DNA of 63,332 nt, the filler included, from Octopus bimaculoides (taxonomy: Eukaryota), in assembly GCF_001194135.2 (NCBI RefSeq). It is 6 parts of 5 records of this genome, joined end to end, with 100 filler letters (N's around TTAATTAATTAA, not from the genome) between each part and the next. Parts side by side here need not be neighbours in the genome. Positions count along the whole stretch, not along the records: positions 1 to 28,747 come from NC_068991.1; positions 28,848 to 41,916 come from NC_068981.1; 4 more parts are not named here. One strand, written 5' to 3'. Position numbers and translations under genes: made by a program. Numbering within the stretch: position 1 is the stretch's first letter; every line of letters begins with the position of its first letter. Below the pieces are notes generated by a model. It was not told the origin of the DNA. It did not search any database and was given only the letters and a program-made list of their open reading frames with translations. This document shows, in pieces, positions 26,483 through 38,949 of this stretch.

Positions 26483-26968
26483 CATCCTTTAACGTCTATT
26501 TTCCATGCTGGCATGGGTTGGATGGATTAACAGGATCTGGCCAGCCACAAGGCTGCCTCAAGCTTCGAGCATGGTCATTGCCAGTGCCGCCTGACTGGCT
26601 CCCATGCCAGTGGCATGTAAAAAGCACCTTTTGTGTGTGGTCATTGCCAGTGCCACCTGACTGGTTCCTCTGCTGGTGGCATGTAAAACACACCGTTTGA
26701 GTGTGGTCATTGCCAGTGTTGCCTGGCTGGCTCCTGTGCCAGTGGCATGTAAAAAGCACCATTTGAGCATGGTCATTGCCAGTGTCACCTGACTGGCATG
26801 TAAAAAGCACCACTACACTCTCAGAGTGGTTGGCATTAGGAAGGACATCCAGCTGTAGAAACCTTGCCAGATCAGATTGGAACCTGGTGAAGTCTCCTGG
26901 CTTGCCAGTCCTCAGTCAAACTGTCCAACCCATGCCAGCATGGAAAGCGGACGTTAAATGATGATGAT
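26480..26968. mobile_element. Two RTE 3' ends joined head-to-head, with 4-5 tandem ~55-60-bp units
   Basis: Antisense tail at 26480-26545 and a sense copy ending in (GAT)n at ~26968. GGTCATTGCCAGTG...GGCATGTAAAAAGCACC repeats lie between them. Confidence 0.75.
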
Positions 26969-27566
26969 AAGATAGATGTTAAAAGATAATGAAGATAATG
27001 ATATATATTATGCATATATATTTGTATATATGTATGTATATTCATATATTATGTATTGAGTTAACAGATTAGATTGGGAGAATCTCTATATTGAAAACAC
27101 TTCGTAGCTTAGTAGCGCCCAAATGATTTGAACGTAGATTCTGAAATCTTTACCAAGGACCAAGTCAGCAGGGTAAAGAATGGTTATAGCGGGAATCCAA
27201 GTGAACAGATATGGAGACAATCGATGCAAATAAACAGATAAAAAGCCTTCAGTCTGATATATACAATATATATTCATGTAAATAAAGAAAATACAAAGAC
27301 TGCAAAATTCCCGGATGACTAACATTCAAGTATAAATATAGATATATATTTATACTTGAAGGTTAATCATCTGAAAATATATTCCTGTATATCAAACCCA
27401 AGGAGTTTTATCTGTTTATTTGCATTATTGCGCATGTATCTATGTATTATGTATGAGTGTGTTTATTTTCATTAGATTAGAAATGAGTTGTGAATGAGTT
27501 TAAATATGAAAATATTCAAACAACTTAGAGAAATGATTGTGAAATTTTATTTATGAGCCAAAAACA

Positions 27567-27633
27567 ACTGGTACTTACTGACTGGTACTTACTGGTACTT
27601 ACTGACTGGTACTTACTGGTACTTACTGACTGG
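27567..27633 (+). repeat. 24-bp composite tandem repeat (ACTGGTACTT x2 + ACTG)
   Basis: Direct reading gives a 10-4-10-10-4-10-10-4-5 pattern. Confidence 0.9.
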
Positions 27634-28500
27634 AGACGTGAAATGGTGTTTGATGCTGCGTCTGGCAGAAATAAGCCATTTATAAAAATGTAATGAAGTA
27701 GTTTAACTCCTTTGTGACTATATCTTTAATGAAATACTCTTCCTGCTTGTTTTGATTAATTTTAGAAATAATTAAGACAGAGGATTTAGGAAAAATAATG
27801 AAAATTTCCAATTTAATAAATTAGTATTTGGAATGCATCATAAAAAAAAAGGACAAAACATATTTTGAAAATTATGACAGGAATATGTGTCTAAGTATAA
27901 AGACTTTGAAATACAAGCTTCGGTATCATCGAATCAGATAGGCTGGCATCAAGATGATTAATTTTATTGTAATTTGCATGAAGCTTTACAATGTATCTCG
28001 GTGACATTAATGTTTGGAGGATAAAAAAAAAAAAAAAAATGAGGAATTTGGGTGAAGAATGAGAGAAAACATGTAGTTGATGTCATTAAACAACCTTATG
28101 TAGGTTCTTTAATGACACTGTAATATTTTACGGAAAAAAACCTTCTTTTGAAATAAAATAATTTAAAAAATGTATTCAAAGAGTTCATAGAAATCTGTTG
28201 TTACTGGCCGGTGATTCTTGTGTGTTGTATAAAAGATATGGTATTCATGAAGGAATTTAACATAATAGAGATCCAGCTGGAGAGGCATTGCTACATTGTA
28301 GAATTGTCCAAAGATGTTGGCAGAAGTAGCCTGACTAGTATTAAATATCTACTATAATAATACTCTTGTGTATTTCTCTGTCACAACATATGAAGGAGAA
28401 AGAAAGGGGTGATGGCAAACTTGGTAGTAGGATGATGGAAGTTCTATGGTGAAAAAAAAAATCAAACAGCATTTCAGCTCTGTGTGAGTATATGTCTCTG

Positions 28501-28747
28501 TATGTAAAAGGGATTCATGTGAATGTATGTGTGTATGTGTGTAAAAGGGAGTCATGTGAATGTGTGTGTGTATGTGTGTAAAAGGGAGTCATGTGAATGT
28601 GTGTGTGTATGTGTGTAAAAGGGAGTCATGTGAATGTGTGTGTGTTTGTGTGTAAAAGGGAGTCATGTGAATGTGTGTGTGTATGTGTGTAAAAGGGAGT
28701 CATGTGAATGTGTGTGTGTATGTGTGTAAAAGGGAGTCATGTGAATG
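28501..28747 (+). repeat. 37-bp minisatellite running into a gap
   Basis: AAAAGGGAGTCATGTGAATGTGTGTGTGTATGTGTGT; AAAA starts at 28506, 28543, 28580 and 28617, with about 7 copies. Confidence 0.95.
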
Positions 28748-28847
28748 NNNNNNNNNNNNNNNNNNNNNNNNNNNNNNNNNNNNNNNNNNNNTTAATTAAT
28801 TAANNNNNNNNNNNNNNNNNNNNNNNNNNNNNNNNNNNNNNNNNNNN
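28748..28847. other. Artificial scaffold linker N44-TTAATTAATTAA-N44
   Basis: Exactly 100 bp; the 12-mer is self-complementary and gives stops in all six frames. Confidence 0.95.
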
Positions 28848-31800
28848 ATATATATATATATATATAGGAAGGTTTGGAGGTGATGTACAGGAATTATATA
28901 TTATAAAAAATAATAAGGTACTCAGATATCTGGATGGGTGTACGTTTACAAATTTTCATTAATGTCACATGTTTTATAAATATTAGCGCTTGCACCTATT
29001 CTTGTAGGTTCTTCAGATATGATTTCATTTCAGAGGATCTGTCTCTTTTTATAGTATTATGGAATGTGTAGGGGTGGAGAGAGATATATAGGGTAGTAAA
29101 AGAGGGTGAGGAATATATAATATTCAAACTTTATCTGTCGTAATAGTTTCTTGAATATTTCAGGATATATAATAATCAAGGTATGGACGGAGCAGAGAAT
29201 ACGTCTGGACTGATATTCATCTGCACAACAACGTAAATAACTGTTTTTATAGTTAGTTTCATGCAATGACCAAAAATGTTCTTCTCCATTTGTGGAATTC
29301 ATTAATCTCCTTCATTCTAGTTTATCGAAAAACTAAGCATTGCAGAAATAGACTTTTCGTTAACTTTGACATGCAACATAAAAGTGTTATAAATGATGAT
29401 TGCAATAACTAGGCAGAAAGCAATACTGTTAAGTCTGTACTTGATTAAATCAGCACCCAGTAATTGGCAGATATTGTATTTAATCAACACTTCAAGAAAG
29501 AAATGAAAACAAACGAGTGAAGTAAATTCATAAACTCATATTGTAGAAGCGTTTAACTAAATACGGGTATTTCGTCCGGCTCTCTACTGATTCTGCCGAA
29601 TATCCGCCTCTTACTAGAACTAAGAATCAGTCACGTTAGTACTTGTGTGATAATATAATATTATTTGGTATCAACAGTATTATTCAATTTTGAGATCGGT
29701 TTCATATTTCGCAAGTTGTTATCGCCCAGATGGATAGATAAAACGTGGTAAACATCGGAAAGAAAGAAATATATAAAGACAAATCAAATAAATGAATAAA
29801 ATGAAATAAAAAAAATATAACGAGATTTTTTTTTCGTTCGTTTTTTGTATGATCGTCATGTTTAACACAGATATTAGATACCAACATTTTCGTTATTTCG
29901 TGCAACTGAAAGTTACATCATGTTTTTTGTTTTTAATTTCATTCTTGGCTTTCGAAATATTTGTCTGTATATCGACAGATAATACCAAATACTCCAATTA
30001 CCAACAGGACTTTTCATGTTTGTTCATAATTGTTTGTGAATCATGCAACGAGTTTAAGGGAATATCTGGGATATTTGATCGGAACAGTTATATTAGTTTT
30101 AGGTATATTTTGAATTTTGTAAAAAAAAAAAAAAAAAAAAAATCGATCGCTTCAAATTCTTCTTGTATACATCGTATACTCTGGAGGCGTGCTACTGCAC
30201 GTACGTTGTTTGTCTAGTTTGTTCTGTTTGAGATAGGCTCTTAATATTCAGCTTATATTATTGATTTCTAACTTAGGCAAAATGCTGTATGTTTTAGAAG
30301 AAGGTAAAGTTAATTGTACTGAAGCAAGTACTTGATTTATATTGCGAAAAAGGTGATAGATAAAGTAAGTCTTGGCGTGATTTGAACTCAGAATGTAAAG
30401 GGATGAATTGAACCCACATGACATTTTTTCAAAAGTCTACCAATTCTTTCAATCTACTAGACTTGATCAGCTTATAATATTGGTTTCACATTTTGACACA
30501 ATTCCAGCAAGTTCGAGGTTTTAAGTTAAGTTGATTATATGGATTCCAGTCCTCAACTGGTACTTAATTTATCGACCACGAAAGGATGAAAAGCAACGTC
30601 GACTTCGGTGGAATTTGAACTCAGAACGTAAAGATGGACGAAATGCCACTAAGCTTTTTGTCCGGCGTGCTAACGATTCTGCCAGTTTGCTGCCCTGATC
30701 GGCTTATAATATTGATTTTTAACATAAGTTTAAAGGCCACACATTTTCTCTTGGTGATTGGGGATTGATCGATTATATCGATTTTATTAATTCTGCATAG
30801 TTGAAAAGCAAAGTCTATGGCAACATTTAAACTAAGAGGCAAAATGATGTTACCAAATACCACAAGGTAATTAATCCGTGATTTAATCAATCCTGTCATC
30901 TATGGAGATTGATTAGATTATACTTCTAATTTCTCTCCTCCTACTGCTCGTTCTAACGATTTTATTAATTGAAATTTTCGTCTTCCCACATAATTTTATA
31001 GTTGATGAAATAAAAATAAAAAGTGCACATTAAAAATCCCATTTGGCATATCAGCAATAGATTATTGCAAACCTACCAATTTAGACGTTTGTTTAAGATA
31101 AAAATTTTCTTTGAGCGATATTTGGTGATAAATCATAAATCGTCCAAGACAAAATCAAATTTGTTTCGTAATCGTTCACATTCAAGCTTTTATATAAATT
31201 AGACTTTAAAGTTTGAGCGAAGTGAACATCAGTCGCTCTAAAAGATTGTAAGATTTCTGATTAATTTAGTCTGAAATTAGTTTTCTTAGAGACAATAGCA
31301 TTACGTTGATGGGTAATATATCATGATTTTAGTTTTCTAGTCACGTAGTTTAATGGATGAAAAGTTTGGCTGCAGCGACAATCGATAGTTTAAAGGACCA
31401 AGTTTAATGCAGTTTAAATGTTAAAATTTTTTCATTGCAAACTATTTACTTTGAGAGGAGACTCTCTGGATAACGCAGCAACCACTAAACACGATGTTAG
31501 ATAGCTAACTTGTGGAGACATTTAATTCCAAATGATGTAATCGGTTTCATAACATATACGTGTCTGTATTTCTTTTAAATTAGCATTATAGTAATTTCGG
31601 ATATTTCATCCGAATTAATCCTGATTAATTGTATATATACTTGGTAATATACCACTAAACACCACAGATATCGACTATCAATTGTTTTCAGTTGTAAATA
31701 ATAATACTAACGTCAATCTCACGGTTGCTGGCTTGATTTCAAATAGTTGAAATGTGTGATTATCATTGGAATTTAATGATGCATTATCATTCTTAAATTT

Positions 31801-31974
31801 GAATTATAATTAACGGTACAACAGATTTCAAGCATACAAGTCTCTTACTCTCAATCCTTTCCGTCGAAGAGCGCAGGATCGAATCGTAAAAGACTTTTCC
31901 ATTCTTCCTTAGCATTAACCAAATACACCTGGTTGTTGTTACTATACTTGTCTTCTTTTTTTTAACAACTACAT

Positions 31975-32330
31975 TGTTCCGGGTTCACTCCCACTGCGTG
32001 GCACCTTGGGCAAGTGTCTTCTCCTATAGCCTCGGACCGACCAAAGCGTTGTGAGTGGATTTGGTAGACGGAAACTGAAAGAAGCCTGTCATATACATTT
32101 ATATATCTATATATATATATATATATATGATTGTGCTTATGTGTTTGTTCCCCCACATTCGCTTGCTAACCGGTGTTGGTGTGTTTACATCCTCGTAAAT
32201 TAGCGGTTCAGCAAAAGCGAACCGATAGAATAAGTATTAGGCTTACAAAGAATACGTCCTGGGGTCGATTTGTTCCACTAAAGGCGGTGCTCCAGCATGG
32301 CCGCAGTGAAATGACAAACGGATAAAAAAA
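31975..32330 (+). mobile_element. SINE family A
   Basis: Collinear with other family A copies; head truncated. Confidence 0.85.
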
Positions 32331-32658
32331 GAATTTATATATATATATATGTGTGTGGGTGTGTACGCAGGTATGGATATATATAGAGATATATCTATGT
32401 AAATGAGTAACAAAGATGTACAGGTGTCAATTCATTACGGCCATTTCAGGCTGCTCCTTTAATTGATTAATGAAAACATTACTTTCATTTGAAAGAAACC
32501 GTTCTTGTCAGGTGACCGCATAGACTCCAATCTAAGCATATAACCATTTTTTGAAACATATTTAGATCGACGTAGCTAAGTGCCTCCATCTAAGTACCTA
32601 ATTCAACTAAATCTTAATTATAGATATATTCATATGTAGATAAGTAAATCGTGGTACA

Positions 32659-33021
32659 CCGTCTGTTACGACGACGATGTTTCCAGTTGATTCGATTCAA
32701 CGGAACAGCTTGCTCGTGAAATTAACGTGCAAGTGGCTGAGCACTCCACAGACACGTGTGCCCTTAACGTAGTTCTCGAGGAGATTGAACATGACACAAA
32801 GTGTATCAAGGCTGGACCTTTGAAATACAGGTACAACAGAAACAGGAAGAAAGAGTGAGAGAAAGTTGTGATGAAAGAGTACAGCCGGGTTCGCCACCAC
32901 CCCCTGCCGGAGATTTAGATGTTTTTGCTCGATAAACACTCACAACGCCCGGTCTGGGAATCGAAACCGCGGTTCTACGACCGCGAGTCCACTGCCCTAA
33001 ACACGGGACCATTGCGCCTCC
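32659..33021 (-). mobile_element. tRNA-derived SINE family D
   Basis: Head GGAGGCGCAATGG...GTTTCGATTCCCAGACC; collinear with 49254-49632. Confidence 0.85.
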
Positions 33022-33043
33022 ACACGATAGGTAGACAGGTATG

Positions 33044-33074
<31 letters not shown>

Positions 33075-33541
33075 CTATTGCGAACGTATGTGCATTCGCA
33101 TATACGTTAAAAGCATCCTTCAGCTATTTTGTTTCAGAAATGATAAAGAGAAAAGTTTGGAGAAAGGAATAATTGTGACGGTAAACGCCAAAGAACAATT
33201 TTGCGTTGTATCCTTGCTGTATCAGCAATGCAGGGCCTAAAGATCATGTATTGAAATATTTTCAGATTTTCTGTGAGGATAAACTGCATCCAAAGATCTA
33301 TAAAATTCAATGACTAGTTGTCATGTTCAGATTTATTTGAAAGACAAACCAAACTGTGATGGTTTGTTACCAACTTAATGTGGCAGTCCCAGGAAAGGAA
33401 AGAATGCTACTGCTATTTAGCCCCAAGAAACACCGTTTCTAGTTGGCTACGTGACACAAGCATTCTGTGTCCTTAAGTTTCCAAACAGGGGAGATAATAA
33501 ACCTAATTGTGTGCATCATTAATCGTCTTTTATCGTCTATC

Positions 33542-33740
33542 TTTTACTTCTTTCAGTCATTAGACTGCAGCCATGCAGGGACAACGCCTTGAAGAATTTT
33601 AATCGGACGAATAGACCATAGTGCTTACTTTTTAAAAAACTCTGGCACCGCTTCTATCGGTTACTTTTGCTGAACTGTTAAGTTACGGGGACATAAGCAC
33701 ACTACTATCAGTGGTCAAATGGTGGTGAAGGACAAACACA

Positions 33741-33781
<41 letters not shown>

Positions 33782-33925
33782 GATTCGGGCTTCGTTCATT
33801 TTCCGTCAAGTAAATCCACTCACGAGGCGTTTCTCGGTCGGTCCAATTCTATAGTAGAAGACAGTTGCCCAAGGTTCCATGAAGTGGGACTGAACCCGGA
33901 ACCAGGTGGTTATAAGCAAGCATTT
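33542..33925 (-). mobile_element. SINE family A, diverged reverse copy
   Basis: Reverse complement of family A, with (CA)n in the same internal position. Confidence 0.75.
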
Positions 33926-35803
33926 TTTTTCAACAAAGCCACGCCTAACACTGTAGGTATTCATTTTGTGTAAAGTCTTTTATAGCAACTTTTAACAATA
34001 ATACCCTAAGTATCACTAAATTTTAATGCGAATAATTTCAACCTGAATATCCGGAGGCAGTAACTGGTTTAGCGTACTTGAAACAAGAACACAGACACTC
34101 TTTAAGCATCTTTCGAAAGTTGGTGCACTTGTTATTTGTTTTTCTGTACATCACCACTCGATGACAAGCAAAGAGAAGAAAAAAATCGGCTTCGTTTTCT
34201 ATGTCAAATATTATGTAAGCATCTGCTCTATATAAAATATGGAAAATATTGCATATCTTTACGTAAGTGTATAAATTGCATATCCCTATCTCGTAAAGAA
34301 TACATATGCGTAATGCGTATATNNNNNNNNNNNNNNNNNNNNNNNNNNNNNNNNNNNNNNNNNNNNNNNNNNNNNNNNNNNNNNNNNNNNNNNNNNNNNN
34401 NNNNNNNNNNNNNNNNNNNNNNNNNNNNNNNNNNNNNNNNNNNNNNNNNNNNNNNNNNNNNNNNNNNNNNNNNNNNNNNNNNNNNNNNNNNNNNNNNNNN
34501 NNNNNNNNNNNNNNNNNNNNNNNNNNNNNNNNNNNNNNNNNNNNNNNNNNNNNNNNNNNNNNNNNNNNNNNNNNNNNNNNNNNNNNNNNNNNNNNNNNNN
34601 NNNNNNNNNNNNNNNNNNNNNNNNNNNNNNNNNNNNNNTATATCGTAAAGATTGCATATGTACGTGTCAAAACGGATGAGTTATTACTTGCCAGCGTTAT
34701 TTCTCCGGTGTGGAAAGTTATAAATTAGACTAGTTAGCAGTCTTAGCAGAGTGTTTGATCAATAAATCAAAATTAGCAATATAAGTTGAGAGAAATTCTG
34801 GTAGATTTCGGTGTTACAGAGATTTATCCTCGGAAAGATAAATAGATTATCTGGCATTAAGGTTGTTATTTATCTTAAGCAAATACTTCATAATTTCTAA
34901 AGAGGAAAATATCGTGACATATATTAGGCTTGCCTAGTAGTATTAGTAGTTGTAATACATTGCCATTACCGCTCTCGAAACTTCTGTTTTTTGTTTGGAG
35001 TACTACAATTGGAAAAACACTGTTTAGAGATTACATCACACATACGTACACGCATACATACACATACACACACACGTGCTCAGAGTTTTAAAAAAAAAGT
35101 CATTTTGAATGAGAAAGTCCTCAGATAGAAAACCTTCATTGCTTAGAGCTAATGACTGTCTTAATAGCCGGCTTGTAATAATACGGAAGATAATGAGAAT
35201 ATGATCATACTCTGAAGAGAAAACATGGGGAATAGACATCGATTTAACTTCACTGAAATGTTTTATATTTTGTCAATTATGTTTATTAAGGATGATACAG
35301 AAAGGGGGAAAAAAAGACTAGATCAGGACGTATCTGATACTGGCATAAAGTAGACATTTGAAAATATACTTCGTATTCCATATGTAGGATGTTGAACTAA
35401 CCAGGATGTTAAGAATGAAGTAGTTGGGGAAAATACAGACTAGGAATTTTTTGTGTCGGAAAATAGAGTGGTTTGGTCAGGCATAAATCAACTCCTAATA
35501 AAAGAAGCATAAGTAGTTCAAGAACGGATGGTTGAGTGACATCCTGGGACGGATAGGGAGGAAGATGGTGGATAACATAAGGCTGGTTGATGACCTGGAG
35601 ACATGGTGGGAAGTATTCATTGGAATCTTCTACCATTTTTATTTCTTTTTCAAGACGAGTATGTTCTAGTTCTAGTGTGCCTTTCGCTCGGCCGTCAGGT
35701 TACAATCACTCCTACAGATATCGTACATGGTTTTAGCGACAATATCGTTTCATGCGAACTTTTTTGGACAGACACCGATGACGTGAGTGATATCTTTCAC
35801 AGT

Positions 35804-36105
35804 AAGGCGGTGAGATGGCAGAAACGTTAGCACGCCGGGCGAAATGCTTAGCGGTATTTCGTCTGCCGTTTCGTTCTGAGTTCAAATTCCACCGAGGTCG
35901 ACTTTGCCTATTATCCTTTCGGGGTCGATAAAGTATCAGTTACGCACTGGGGTCGATATAATAGACTTAATCCCTTTGTCTTTGTGTGTTCCCTCTATGA
36001 TTAGCCCCTTGTGGGCAATAATGAAATAAGAAACGTTAGCACGCCGGGCGAAATGTTTAGCGGTATTTCGTCTGTCTTTCCGTTCAACGTTCAAATTCCA
36101 ACGAG
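35804..36105 (+). mobile_element. SINE family C, CpG-intact, plus partial tandem second copy
   Basis: AGAAACGTTAGCACGCCGGGCGAAATG occurs at ~35820 and again at ~36030. Confidence 0.85.
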
Positions 36106-36357
36106 NNNNNNNNNNGTTGCGTACTGGAGTCGATCTAATCGACTGGCCCTCTCCCCCCAGTGTGGCATAGTCGACATTTTCTATTACAATTCGAAGGTTT
36201 AGATGCATTTCTATGTATTTTGTTGACCCACTGTTCACTAGCGATAGATTGTTGCAGCATAGCAAAGGTGGAGTTGAGATGTGAAGTACCTATCACAAGT
36301 CCAGTAGTATCCGCCATTTCTATCAAAGTCTAGCTTTCGTTTTGAAGGAACGGATCC

Positions 36358-36400
<43 letters not shown>

Positions 36401-37871
36401 GCACACACATACACACACACGCACACACACGCACGCGCGCACACACACACACATGGTGATTAAGTTCTAATATAACTCATCAAAGAAAAGTAGTTTAATA
36501 AACATCAGTGTGCGCACGCATGCGTGTGCGTGTGTATGCGTGCGCACGTTCTGTGCATACAGTGATTTTTATGCAAATAAAATCTTAATTTTCTTCTAGA
36601 CTTATAGTTTGAGTTATCTCCAAGCGAATAAATTCATAGCCATTGCACGTACTGTCCGTTTGTTAAGAGTAGATTAGTCGATGCAATTGTTCCTCAATAT
36701 ATTACTGCTATTCATTTTAGCGAACGTGTGGAAATTTAATATCAGATCTCAGACGAACGAAGCTACTCTACATATGATTTGACGTCCTTACCCACTCTGA
36801 TGTTTATTACACTCGTCTATCTTCTCTTCTTTGGTAAATAATATCATCTAATATGTACTTTAATATTATATATGTTCCATTAAATTATGCAGCAGAAAAC
36901 TATAGCTTTCTGATTTATAATCTTTATTTCGGTTTAGAAGTAAAACTTTTACAAGACCATTCATATACTCTTGTTGTTTAATTTGTGTCGTTGAAGCTGG
37001 AAATGGAAACTAAATTTCTCGTTAATATCGTGTAGGAAATATAGATTACAAATTAAATGGAAGTAGAATAGTTATAAGTGGCAATAGCCTACACTAAGTA
37101 GAAATATTGTTTGGAATATAAGTAAATGGAAATGAAGATACTGGAAGCTATTTATATTAATCCACGTTCTTATTTTATTGCACATCTTTGTGTTTTGCTG
37201 CTATTCCAATATCGATATGGGAAGGCGAGAACAATAAATTTTATTTTATTTGCACTGTAGTTATTTGCTTTCTCCTTTCATCATAAAGAAGCCAGTTTTC
37301 GCTATTCTTCTTACTTCGGGACAACTAAATGTGTTGTTTATTTATTTCAGTCTGGCTCTTTTAAGTTTTGTTGCTTCAACATTAGAGATATTTATGGGCC
37401 TCAAAATGAGTTTAATGAATTCAATACAATCGAGTGATTTCATCGTTTGAATATTTCTGTTAATTATAAGAAGCAATAACAGTTTTCAAATTTCCTTTTC
37501 TTAACAACTGTTAAGAAGTATGATTGTTCTTCGAATTTAGTTTTCCCAAATCTACATTTCTAATGAGCACTAATGATAGCCTCTATTCGACGATTCACTT
37601 TAAATGTAATTTCAAACCGGATCTGTCCTGAGACTATAAATAAATTGAAGTAAATAAACAGTGATTATTACAAGAAGTTTAATTCCAGTATAAGACCGAA
37701 CAGTTAAAATCTTCAAAACCTTCCCGATGTTTATCCTCTAAAAACAAACACGAATTAACTCACATGTGTGTACACATACACATACAAATACATATGCAAA
37801 CACACATATATTCACACAAACACACGTGCGCCCGCGCACGCAAGTACTCCCATCTCTAGCCTTACGAGATG

Positions 37872-37916
37872 CACACAGACCCGGGTCTCTTGGTAGTTTC
37901 CCGTCTTCAGTGTGTG
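37872..37916 (-). ncRNA. Type-I hammerhead motif, second family (one core substitution)
   Basis: CACACA-CTGAAGA-CGGG-AAACTA-CCAA-GAGA-CCCGGG-TC-TGTGTG: 6-bp helix I, palindromic ACCCGGGT helix III, GUC site, and GAAA>GAGA. Confidence 0.6.
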
Positions 37917-38213
37917 ACAAATCACCAAGTAGTGATGAACGCTCGTTCCACTCGCAAAATACTATATGCTTTTTCCAGCGACAAACTATCGTTGATCTCG
38001 AAAAAGGAGAAATTAGCTATATTAAATCTCTGAGCGAGAGTAAATAGTAACAGTACGGAATCGTAAAATATATTTGCCAACTAACTGTGGAAGTCCCAAA
38101 GAGGACGATGTTACTGTTGTTTTTAGCCCCATGAAGACATCTCCTGGTTAACGACACACTGTTTGTGTCCGATTAGTATTTGCGAGAGGGGGTCATCACT
38201 AACTGGTGATTAT

Positions 38214-38258
38214 CACACACTGAAGACGAGTAACCACCCAGAAACCCGAGTCTGAACA
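38214..38258 (+). ncRNA. Type-I hammerhead motif, second family (sister copy)
   Basis: CACACA-CTGAAGA-CGAG-TAACCA-CCCA-GAAA-CCCGAG-TC-TGAACA: core intact, helices eroded at different positions than in the 37872-37916 copy. Confidence 0.55.
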
Positions 38259-38871
38259 TTACGTAAGGCTAGAAATGGGAGCAGTGAACTCCTCTCGCAA
38301 ATACTAATCAGATACACATAGTGTGTCGTTAGCCAACTGGAGGAAATGTCTTCCTGGGGCTAAAAACAACAGTAACATCGTCATCTATGGGACCGCCACA
38401 TTTAGTTGGCAAATATATTTTACGATTCCGTACTGTTACTGTTTACCTCTCGCCCAGAGAGGAAAACAGAAACAGTGTGTATATATATATATATATGTAC
38501 TGACAGATATATATNNNNNNNNNNNNNNNNNNNNNNNNNNNNNNNNNNNNNNNNNNNNNNNNNNNNNNNNNNNNNNNNNNNNNNNNNNNNNNNNNNNNNN
38601 NNNNNNNNNNNNNNNNNNNNNNNNNNNNNNNNNNNNNNNNNNNNNNNNNNNNNNNNNNNNNNNNNNNNNNNNNNNNNNNNNNNNNNNNNNNNNNNNNNNN
38701 NNNNNNNNNNNNNNNNNNNNNNNNNNNNNNNNNNNNNNNNNNNNNNNNNNNNNNNNNNNNNNNNNNNNNNNNNNNNNNNNNNNNNNNNNNNNNNNNNNNN
38801 NNNNNNNNNNNGTGAGTGTGTTAAATAATAAGGCACTAAAAGAGAATGACCCTCCCCAGACGCAATGACAG

Positions 38872-38932
<61 letters not shown>

Positions 38933-38949
38933 CACACATATACGTTTGC

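Larger units (their letters stand above)
37847..38460. repeat. Interleaved inverted repeats (X-Y-X'-Y') from two opposed copies of one element
   Basis: 38027-38190 is the reverse complement of 38291-38460, and 37847-37960 is the reverse complement of ~38177-38282. Confidence 0.85.
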
